A stretch of 63,902 nt of DNA, filler included, from Octopus bimaculoides (taxonomy: Eukaryota), in the NCBI RefSeq assembly GCF_001194135.2. It is 4 parts of 3 records of this genome, joined end to end, with 100 filler letters (N's around TTAATTAATTAA, not from the genome) between each part and the next. Parts side by side here need not be neighbours in the genome. Positions count along the whole stretch, not along the records: positions 36,541 to 61,508 come from NC_068988.1; positions 61,609 to 63,902 come from NC_069008.1; 2 more parts are not named here. One strand, 5' to 3'. The position numbers were made by a program, and so were the translations under genes. The notes beneath the pieces were generated by a model. That model saw only the letters and a program-made list of their open reading frames with translations, made no database searches and was not told where the DNA came from. Of the stretch, positions 53,527-63,902 are shown piece after piece. Within the stretch, counting starts at the first letter, position 1. Each line of letters starts with the position of its first letter.

Positions 53527-53691
53527 ACACACATACGCGAACTTATATATGTATGCATATATGTATGTATGTAAATATGATATGTATGCATGCATGAATA
53601 GATGGGCTGTTGGGTGGATATGTGAGTATGCATGTATGTATAAATACATTCATACATACATGCATACATATATACGAATATATATACTATG

Positions 53692-53844
53692 TACGTGGGA
53701 GTGTTGAAAAGTTCCTGGTTTTGGGTAAAAGAAAATATAGGAGAATCAGTTAATTATGATTTTATTCAACATATTCCTCTCTCAGATTTACACATTTATT
53801 GCAGCTGCCCTTCAGTTTTTCTGTGCCCTGTAAAATAACTCAAA

Positions 53845-53846
<2 letters not shown>
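53692..53846. mobile_element. Truncated second copy of the mariner-type MITE
   Basis: Colinear with 52077-52230, cut by (GT)n. Confidence 0.82.
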
Positions 53847-53919
<73 letters not shown>

Positions 53920-54692
53920 TGTGTGTGCTTGTGTTTGTGTTTGCGTATGTATGTGTGTAAGTATGTGTGCGTGTGTGTCTGTGTGTCTGTGCATGTCTTC
54001 CTGCCCGTGTTTGCCCTCCACCACTGCATGACAACCGTTGTTGGTGTGTTTACGTTCCTATAACATAAAGGTTCGGTAAAAGAAACCGATGAAATAAGTA
54101 GTTGGCTTTAGAAAAAAAATAATAAGTACTAGTGTTGAGTCATGAAACTAAAGTTCCTCGAAGCAGTGCTCCAGCATGGCCGAAGTCTAGCGATTGAAAG
54201 AAGTAAATTGTTAAAAGAAAAGATATAAAAAATGATATGTATGTACGTACATACGTTCGTACCTACGTATGTATGTATGTATGTATGTATGTATGTATGT
54301 ATGTCATTAATCAGATTTATTTCAAGATTTCTTGCTAATAAAGAAAGAGCCGGTTTCTAATGTAGATCCAAGGCTCCTTCACTGGAATTTCCACAACATC
54401 AACAGGTCATTTTTGTATGTACGTATGTATGTATGTATGTATGTATGTATATGTAGAGATTTTAAGTATGTATGTCTCCTCTATTTTTTAATTATTATAA
54501 ATCTTCCACTGAATGGGGAGCCAGTTTCCAACAAAGATACAAGGCTCCATTTTTGTGATGTAGTTAACACAGACAAATTCACATTTGGAACTTGAGAAAA
54601 GTCTTGCATATTTTTACTGTTCTATTCACAGATTGCACTTGTAATGTACGAATCAACCAGTCAATTTCTCTTTCCGAAATCGCAGCTTATCC

Positions 54693-54723
<31 letters not shown>

Positions 54724-55904
54724 TGTATGTATGTATGAATGTATGTATGAATACGCCTCAGTCCTCACGGGGTAGACCTGTGACCATATGCACTACAACC
54801 TAGGCAATCATTCCATATTTTTATGCATTGTGGAGAATACTGCCCAATGTGTTCTTATATTTTAAGCGTGTAAAACCAACAATATAACGTGCCATTTGAA
54901 AGATTTAGCCGTTGTTTCTAGCAGGTCAGCCGGCCAGCTTTCGAAGAGGCTCCTCTCTTTTTTCGTCGTAGGATGTAAATTAGTCAACACTGATTAACAC
55001 ACATAAGTAGAAAAAAAAATAGAAATAGTAGTAGCAGTAGAGTTATTAAAAAAATTTCCGCTCTAATGAAAATGGTCGTGTTTTATTATTCATTGGCTCA
55101 TATAGTATCTGTTCATGACGATACTATAGGTTATGCGTTCAAATCTACTGTTGACGTTTTATTGTACTTCTGACCACCGAATTGATTCATTAGTTTATGG
55201 GAAAATATGTGCCGTTTCTGGTAAAAGAGTGTCTGTAATCCGATAAAAAAGACATATCTCACGGGACTTGGCTAGTAACGTATAGTTGTCTTTTCTTTTC
55301 TCGTTGATATTTATACATTTGTTATATAAATCAAAATGAGATATACATGCACACGCACGCACACATTATATACACACATACCTTAATATATAGATAATAT
55401 ATATTATCTATAAATTAATATATAGATAAATAAATATATATATATATATATATTTACACACAAATACATACATATATATATATATATACATGAAACATCG
55501 GGTTTCCGCACAGTTTTCGTCTGCTGAATTTCACTGCCAATCAGTTGAGCCAAAGTTATGGTTGAAGGCAATTGCTCAGGGAATGGCACTGTGGGATCGA
55601 CACTGGAGCCCCATGTTTTCGAACTAGACTACTTAACTACGCAGGCATGACTGCATCTAGATGTCAAGCTATGATTACAAGGCCAATGTGGGCCACCTAC
55701 TTTGGTCAACGAGGAACTAGATAATAGACGAGTGTAGTTCATTCAACTCATTGTTATAAAGCATGAAAATAAATCCGTTCTGCATATGATTTTCCCCACT
55801 TCTCACAACTTTTAAATGGCAGGCGCTGTCCATCCCTTTTGACTAAACGGCAAACAAATATCTGCTTTAATTGAGGAACCAAATTAATGTGGTTTAGTTG
55901 TCCT

Positions 55905-56207
55905 TTGTTGGCACTCCGTCGCTTACGACGTCGAGGGTTCCAGTTGATCCGATCAACGGAACAGCCTGCACGTGAAATTAACGTGCAAGTGGCTGAGCAC
56001 TCCACAGACACGTGTACCCTTAACGTAGTTCTCGGGGATATTCAGCGTGACACAGTGTGACAAGGCTGACCCTTTGAATTACAGGCACAACAGAAACAGG
56101 AAGTAAGAGTGAGAGAAAGTTGTGGTGAAAGAGTACAGCAGGGTTCGCCACCATCCCCTGCCGGAGCCTCGTGAAACTTTAGGTGTTTTCGCTCAATAAA
56201 CACTCAC
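55905..56207 (-). mobile_element. SINE family A (5' head in gap)
   Basis: Near-identical to the 49324 copy. Confidence 0.92.
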
Positions 56208-57622
56208 NNNNNNNNNNNNNNNNNNNNNNNNNNNNNNNNNNNNNNNNNNNNNNNNNNNNNNNNNNNNNNNNNNNNNNNNNNNNNNNNNNNNNNNNNNNNN
56301 NNNNNNNNNNNNNNNNNNNNNNNNNNNNNNNNNNNNNNNNNNNNNNNNNNNNNNNNNNNNNNNNNNNNNNNNNNNNNNNNNNNNNNNNNNNNNNNNNNNN
56401 NNNNNNNNNNNNNNNNNNNNNNNNNNNNNNNNNNNNNNNNNNNNNNNNNNNNNNNNNNNNNNNNNNNNNNNNNNNNNNCTTCTCATTCCTATTTTGCTCG
56501 GATGGACCCGCATAGCCATTCGACGTTTATATTAAAAAATTGTTAAAATATTTTGTGGTAGCCTTTCTGTTTGGCTGCACCTGTGGAAATTTCGAAGTGC
56601 ATTAAAATTTTTTTTAATTTGATGTATTTATGTAATTATCCAAGCTGAATCTCAGAAGACATTTCATTTTTCCTAGAAATTTTCTTTTTAAATGATATAG
56701 AGGTTTAAAGTTTGATAAATCTTACCCAGCCAGAAAACAGGATTTGGAAGCTGTCATTTTGTGTGTGACAGCGCGTGTTGTCAACTGTAAACAAATGAAA
56801 TATAGGCGGGATTCTGTTTTAGGCATGCTATTATAACCCCTCATAACTTACTTTATTTTTTGGAAATTTCAGAAAATTTTACGAATTTGTATTCTACGCA
56901 CGGGAATGAATACGATTATACAAAAACAAAAACACAAAATTTGGAGATGCGTGATTTAAGGCCTTTTTAGCTGTTATTTTTAGCACATCTCATGACCACC
57001 TCCGTGAATAGAATATATTTGTCAACACGTGCTTTCTCGCAGACAAGTGTGTTCCCCATGGTGAGCTTGTTACTTTGGAAACATGTATGAATGTGTCTGC
57101 GGCTTTACGATTGGCTAAAATTATCCCAAATTTGCAAGCTTTAAAAGCTAAGTCTTTATTTATTGATTTTTGCCGAAAATGAATTTCATAGCATTGATTA
57201 GCGTATAAATCTACATCATTACACCGAATACGAAATCAATTCGTACAGAAATTGAAGAGACTGAAAATTGGCAGTCAAATAGAAAAGATCCATTTTGTAT
57301 ATCGTAGAGGAATAACCAATTTACTGCAGATAAATTTTAACAAAATCTATATGGAACCCGGTTGAGAAACACTGAGTTAGAGCAGTCTAGTTTATTTCAC
57401 CAAGTTGTCAGGTTCTCGATATCAGATAAATGCGAGTTAATACAACGAATTATCAATATCAAGATATTAAACTTATTTAAATTTATTAAGCGATGTTTTG
57501 TTCACCTGATTAACAGTATCTAAGTATCAAATCAAGTTGGTTTCCTTTTCCTTATTGTCAGAATCAAGATACTAAACTAATCGTGTTAATATTATTTAGA
57601 TGCAAATATCTGGATGCCAGAA

Positions 57623-57836
57623 GGCGGCGAGCTGGCAGAATCATTAGCACGCCGGGCGAAATGCTTAACAGTATTTCGTTCGTCTTTATGTTCTGAGTTC
57701 AAACTCTACCGAGGTCGTCATTACCTTTCATCCATTCAGGGGTCGATAAAATAAGTACTAGTTGAGCATTGGGGTCCCTGTAATCGACTTACCCCTCTCC
57801 CGAAATTGCTGGCCATGTGCCAAAATTTGAAACCAT
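57623..57836 (+). mobile_element. SINE family B, full length
   Basis: aaggcggcgagctggcagaatcattagc...gtgccaaaatttgaaacc. Confidence 0.9.
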
Positions 57837-57839
57837 TAT

Positions 57840-57980
57840 CTGGATACCGCATCAATCTGGTTTAATTCGCTAAGAAATCGGGAACTAGGTACCAGATCAA
57901 TTTGGTTTAGTTCACCTAGTTATCAGAGATAAGGACTAGATCAATTTGGTCTGCTTCCCCTAGCTGTCAGGATTATTCTC
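57840..57980. repeat. Second array of the ~42-bp minisatellite
   Basis: atcaatttggtttagttcacctagttatcagag repeated ~3 times. Confidence 0.7.
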
Positions 57981-58094
57981 CTAAAATGGTAGGAGATACA
58001 AATCTAGATGGAAAGAGCTTACGAATAACCAGAAATATATTGGCAACAAGCAAAAGCGATTTGAAATGGAATTGAAATAGCTCTGTATAAGAAG

Positions 58095-58798
58095 ATCAAG
58101 CGAGGAGTACGAGAAGAATATGTATTATCGCTAGACTTGTCATCACTACACAGTAAATTAATTACGTAATCTTTTAAATATCCATCAGGTATACAGATAG
58201 GAGGACAAAACATTAGAAATATCCATCATATCGATGACAAAGTCCCAATGAAAAGAACAGGGAAAGGAATACAAACCTTGATTAGTACCATTAATATTGT
58301 GAGTGAAAAACTGAACAAGAAAAAATAACAGGGACGATAACAATCTCAAAGGAAACACTATCAATTCATAACGCACAGAGTAATGAAACAAGTTGATAGA
58401 TTTAGATTCGAGGGAAACATCATTACTACAGATGGTGAAAACATCAAAGAAATTAAGTGAAAAATTGAATAGGGCAAAGCTGATTTAGATTGGATCAAAT
58501 ATGTGTCAAATGCTATCACTAAAAATAAAAACAGAGTCCTAGGGTTATATATAGAAATCATCTATAGATACGGTTGTCTAATCTGAAACACCATCAGACA
58601 AGTTCAAAAAGTTATCAATGCTGCAGAGATACGGTTCTTTAGATGAAATAGAGTGGCAAATAGAATAATAAATGTTCAAGTCTTAGACATGCAAAGGCAC
58701 CCAGAAAGTTTTTTAACACCATAAAGAGACAAAGTACTAAGTTCTTTGGACGCCATATGAGAAAATAAAAAGCCTTGAATACTTGATGATCATCGGGT

Positions 58799-58800
<2 letters not shown>
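58095..58800 (+). pseudogene. Degenerate RTE-clade reverse transcriptase fragment
   Basis: IKRGVREEYVLSLDL (GVRQGC.LSP), IGGQNIRNIHHIDD (YADD remnant), QVDRFRFEGNIITTDG, NAAEIRFFR, KFFGRHMRK; multiple stops. Confidence 0.82.
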
Positions 58801-58860
<60 letters not shown>

Positions 58861-60269
58861 AACAGACAGACAGATAGACAAACAGACAGACAGATAGACA
58901 AACAGACAGACAGACAGACACAGAGAAACAGAAACAGAGTTATAAGAGAAGGTACTCGATGGCCTTACCAGTGATTACAGAAAGACTGTCCCAAAAACGT
59001 GCTAAGTTTAATATGACTGTCAGTCGATTTGATTAACTCCACCAATACTTATTCGAATGTGAATTTAATAGACCATAGAAAGATAAAATTTGAAGTCAGC
59101 TTCGGCAAGATTTGAACATAGAGAGTCTAATTTAATAAGGAGGAAAAGATGGAAACTCAGACTTAGTCAGAGAAATAAATTTAGCATATTTTGTTCTAGA
59201 ATGAAAAACTTAACAAACGAGTGATTGTATAACTAAATATAATTAACGAACTCGGCAATTAACTGGAAAACACTCCTACACATATGCGTATGCAAGAATA
59301 TGGAAATGTGTTTGTGTGAGTGTATGTGTGTGTGTGTGTGCGTGCGTGTGTTTGTGAGTGTATGTGTGTGTATGTGTGTGCGCGCGCGCGCGCGTATAGT
59401 ATATACAGGTTTGGTGATGCAAACAGCAAAAATAGAACTTAAAATATATGTATATGCATATTTTTATTAATATTTAATGAATATTAATATATATATATAT
59501 AGACAGAGAGATAGGGGGAGGGGAGAGGGTGAAAAAGGCCGAGGGTGTATGCGTGTGTATGTGTTTGTGTACGCGCGTGATTACAAACTGAAAGTGAGAT
59601 TCTAATTTTTGGTGCAAAATATGNNNNNNNNNNNNNNNNNNNNNNNNNNNNNNNNNNNNNNNNNNNNNNNNNNNNNNNNNNNNNNNNNNNNNNNNNNNNN
59701 NNNNNNNNNNNNNNNNNNNNNNNNNNNNNNNNNNNNNNNNNNNNNNNNNNNNNNNNNNNNNNNNNNNNNNNNNNNNNNNNNNNNNNNNNNNNNNNNNNNN
59801 NNNNNNNNNNNNNNNNNNNNNNNNNNNNNNNNNNNNNNNNNNNNNNNNNNNNNNNNNNNNNNNNNNNNNNNNNNNNNNNNNNNNNNNNNNNNNNNNNNNN
59901 NNNNNNNNNNNNNNNNNNNNNNNNNNNNNNNNNNNNNNNNNNNNNNNNNNNNNNNNNNNNNNNNNNNNNNNNNNNNNNNNNNNNNNNNNNNNNNNNNNNN
60001 NNNNNNNNNNNNNNNNNNNNNNNNNNNNNNNNNNNNNNNNNNNNNNNNNNNNNNNNNNNNNNNNNNNNNNNNNNNNNNNNNNNNNNNTATATGCATATTT
60101 TTATTAATATTTTATTAATATTTAATATTAATATTTGGCCAATAATTTTTGCACTACGTGCTTAAAAAGAATGGCAGAAGCCTCTTCCACACAAAAAAAA
60201 AAATAATAAAAAAATTAACACCAAGATTTATATCTTTTTTTTCAACCCCATTTACCCTTGTGCCCGTTT

Positions 60270-60640
60270 ATTATTTCAATATCTTGGAGATCCTGAGAAG
60301 GTCATTGTTGTAAAAGATAATTTGAGTGTGGCCATGCTGAAGCTCCTGGTGCGTATTCTTTCGATATTTTCTGCCGAACCGCAAAATTACCGCAACGTAA
60401 ACACACCAGCATCGATTTCTAAGCAATGGAGGGGAGAACAAACACAAGCAAAAATACACACATACACACACACATATATATAGGACAGATTTCTTTTAGT
60501 TTCCGTCAACCAAATCCACTGACATGGTTTGGTCGGCCCAAGGCTACAGTAGAAGACACTTGCCCAAGGTGCCACGAAGAGGGACTCAACTCGGAACCAT
60601 CTTTGGGAAGCAAGCTTCTTAGCACACAGCCACGCCCGCG
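60270..60640 (-). mobile_element. SINE family C
   Basis: gaagacacttgcccaaggtgccacg; ttttagtttccgtcaaccaaatccact. Confidence 0.82.
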
Positions 60641-60653
60641 CCTATATATATAT

Positions 60654-60937
60654 AAGCAATGTTAATTCTCTAAACGAGGTATTAACAGTAACTGCACGAT
60701 AAAGTGATGTATATTGCCACTTAAATGTGGCTGACCCCTAGGGGTGGATGTTACTGTTGCTTTTAGCCCCAGGAGGACATCTCCAGCTGGCTTATCGACA
60801 CACTTCTGTGTCCTGTTTGTTTTGCCAAGGGAAGTTATCCCTCTCATCGTGATCTGTAGCACGAACGGATTCGAGTTTCAGGGTTATTTCCCTGTTAATA
60901 CCTCGTTAATACCTCGTTTAGAGAATTAACATTGCTT
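60654..60937. mobile_element. MITE with 35-bp perfect TIR; right TIR has a 12-bp tandem duplication
   Basis: aagcaatgttaattctctaaacgaggtattaacag and its reverse complement; gttaatacctc repeated at the right end. Confidence 0.8.
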
Positions 60938-61150
60938 GTTTTCACAGCGTCGTGAAACCGCTGCAGAGACGCTTCCTTAGGGTTATCTGAAGAACAAATT
61001 TTTAAATTTCGAAATATTATATCAGCTAATGGGATGATTAAATTATAACAGATATTATACACCATTATTGTTATCATAGTGCATTGTTGTGTATACATAC
61101 TGAAAGTAATTGAAATTGAAACCATATAATAGTGAGACTATTATATCACA

Positions 61151-61241
61151 CTAGCAGAAATACCCGGCGTTGCCCGGGTTAAAGAGAATAATGAAATCTA
61201 AAAACGCCGTCTAGACTACGCATCATCTTTATATATAGAGA
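61151..61241 (-). mobile_element. 91-bp non-autonomous Helitron
   Basis: Minus strand A|TCTCTATATATAAAG ... hairpin CCCGGGCAACGCCGGG, 8 nt, CTAG|T. Confidence 0.85.
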
Positions 61242-61679
61242 TGTATATACACACACGCACCCAAACACACGTATATATATGTTTATCAATATAAATATAT
61301 GAAAGTCAATGAAGCTTCGTAAAAGAAGGTGATCATGTACATACTTTCTTGCTGTTGTGATTATAACACATGTTCCTTGTTTTCCCTTGTGGAGCATATA
61401 CAAATAGGTTTTTTTTTGCTGCCCACTCTTCAGCAGTCAACATACAGTTGTCCATGTGAGAAGCAGGGCTCTTCCAAGAGAAGTCCAGCTACAGACAGTG
61501 TTTGATCCNNNNNNNNNNNNNNNNNNNNNNNNNNNNNNNNNNNNNNNNNNNNTTAATTAATTAANNNNNNNNNNNNNNNNNNNNNNNNNNNNNNNNNNNN
61601 NNNNNNNNGTATATGCATATATACGTACAGGTATGTGCATACCTACGTCTACCTGTATATATAGGTGCATATCTGGGTA

Positions 61680-61960
61680 CAGGACATTGCAAACAAAACG
61701 TAGACAAGAAAATAATAATAACCAGAGTACAGAAAATACACAAGCCACATAGAGAACATTTTCCTTCATCAGCTACCTCCGTTTTAACACCGGCGTTTCG
61801 AAGAGTTGGGCAGGACACATCGTTAAAACGGCTCTTCCCATGGACCGCAAATTAAATTTGTATACACAAATTAAACCTGTGCCATGGAGGAATGTAGTGG
61901 CGGACAAAAAACAAGACAGGAAAACAAACGGAAAAGGCTATGCGGCCAGACGTGAAAAAT
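61680..61960 (-). mobile_element. Penelope-type terminal repeat, second copy
   Basis: ccttcatcagct...ggcgtttcgaag...catcgttaaaa...aaacaagacaggaaaac shared with 20335-20625. Confidence 0.6.
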
Positions 61961-63824
61961 TATGTTTTAACTTTGTTCAACTCAAGTCGATATACTGCAA
62001 GATATATGATCATTCGACAGGAAAAGAGAATACATGTATAAATGATCGAGCACGTAGAGATAAGAGGGTAACGCCGTAGTGGGATGGTGAAAGTGGAGCG
62101 TTATGCTAAGAGAAGTAAAGGTGAGTTAGGAAGAATAAACGAGGAGAAGGAAGTGATATTTGAGAAACCAAAAGCTAAGAATGAAAGATGACAGAATTGA
62201 ACAATGAAGAAAAAACGATGGGTGCTTGTGGACGACCTTTTTATAGCATGATTATCGCAGGGATATCCTTCAAAGTCAATCGCCTTCCCCCTAAAACTCA
62301 CCTAAAACTAGAGGTGGGTCTTTTTAAAATCCTTAACTCCATCATTTTTTCTTTTTTCTTTTCGTATTTTCTGTACAGATGTATTTTTGTGCATACTGAT
62401 GGCAAAAATCAATCATTTCGTCTAGAGATTCATATTAACAATAAGTTAAAAGCCTTTCACGTTTGAAATGCTATCTATTCGGACGTCCCAGTTGCGAACA
62501 TTATCATTTGTTGCCCTAACCACAACAATAATCAGCTATCGTCAGGGCAGTGTTTTTTTTGTTTTGTTATTTTGTTGTTTTTTGTTTTGTTTTTCTTTTT
62601 TTTAGGAAATACAAATTTTTATTTTACAAAATAAGCATTTCAAGAATGAATTTCGTAAATTTGTAGGTGAGTATAAAGACGGAGAGATAACATTAGGGTT
62701 AGGATTAGGGTTAAGGTTAGAGATAACGTTACGTTGAAGGCTAACGATAGCGTTAGGGTTAATATGTATGTATATTTAAAGATTATATTAAGCGTTATAT
62801 AGCATTTTAATAGCTTTTTTTCCTTCAAATTTGTTTTTCATCTTCGCAATGATTTTCGTCTTCTTTCATTCAATTCTTTTCATTTAGAAATGTTTACGTT
62901 ATGAAATTGCAACTTCCGATATGTCGGCAATGGAGGCTGTTGATTGGATAAAATTTCAAATGTTCAAGGTTTATGTTTTAATTTTTTTTTATTTCTAGAA
63001 AACATAAATGTGATTTAGTCATCATACATACATATATANNNNNNNNNNNNNNNNNNNNNNNNNNNNNNNNNNNNNNNNNNNNNNNNNNNNNNNNNNNNNN
63101 NNNNNNNNNNNNNNNNNNNNNNNNNNNNNNNNNNNNNNTTTCTTTTGTTTATTGTTGTTGTTTTTCTGGGGGGGTTTTTTGTTTGTTTGTTTGTTTTTTT
63201 TTGTATACTTTGTAATGTCTGAACAACGTCTGTTTATGATATTACTTGTTGTGATTGTTCAGATGTTGTACTTGTTTTGAACATTCTCATCCGCAAGCAA
63301 TCCACATGCTGATCATGCTCCCCTACCCCACCCTCACCCCTGCCATCCAAAGTTTTCTCCTTTTTTTTCTTCTTTTTACTGTTAATCTACCGAGTAGGAG
63401 AGGTTTTGGCACGGCCGTTTCGGCACCGCCTATTTGGCATTGCTGATTCAACGCTGACTTATTTGCAATCAGACATTTTAATGCTTCTCTCATTTTAAAG
63501 TTCTTCCTGTTCGCTCTCTCAATCTCTTACTCTCTCTCTCTCCCTCTCTCCTTCTCTTCCGTCCTCTCTCTGTCTATCTATCTCTGACTCTCTCTCTCCC
63601 TCTCTTCTTCTCTCCCTTCATCTCTCTGTCTATCTATCTCTGTGCCCTCCTCTCCAGTCATCTTCGAAGAACAAACAGGATAAATACAGTTCAATGCAAT
63701 AAGTATATATATAATTTTGGCTTTAACCGGTATAGCATATACAAGTGATTCAAAGGCCACCATATATGTAATTTACCTTCAACTTTTGTATAGAGTGTGT
63801 ACATATAAATTTGTGTTTGCGTGA

Positions 63825-63902
<78 letters not shown>

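Noticed and set aside
57605-57622. Minus-strand WHPDIC resembling the missing SMAD WHPATVC
   Set aside because: Only three residues match, there is no flanking homology, and it abuts a SINE
59440-60130. Similar AT-rich sequence on both sides of the 59624-60087 gap
   Set aside because: Low complexity and possibly an assembly overlap; not interpretable

Overview
Repeat-rich, gap-rich eukaryotic genomic DNA. The SINE repertoire suggests an octopus (inferred from recall, not searched). The only host gene I can support is the 3' end of a SMAD2/3-type (Smox-like) R-SMAD on the minus strand: a 145-bp penultimate exon (35321-35465) and a 124-bp last coding exon (34335-34458) ending in SSMS*. The six-frame ORF track shows the last exon in the wrong frame. 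I found no further SMAD exons; they may lie in N-gaps or upstream. The rest is tRNA-derived SINEs (several families, some modular), decayed Penelope, R4/Dong, RTE and mariner fragments, MITEs (mariner-, pogo-, MULE-like and fold-back types with telomere-repeat cores), a 91-bp mini-Helitron, microsatellites and scaffold gaps. I did not find a convincing novel multi-gene system. The most interesting signals are local: an 85-bp in-situ inverted duplication in the last SMAD intron, a ~670-nt AG-free pyrimidine tract before the penultimate exon, a unique 95-bp near-perfect hairpin, telomere-cored fold-back elements, and a recurrent SINE dimer junction.
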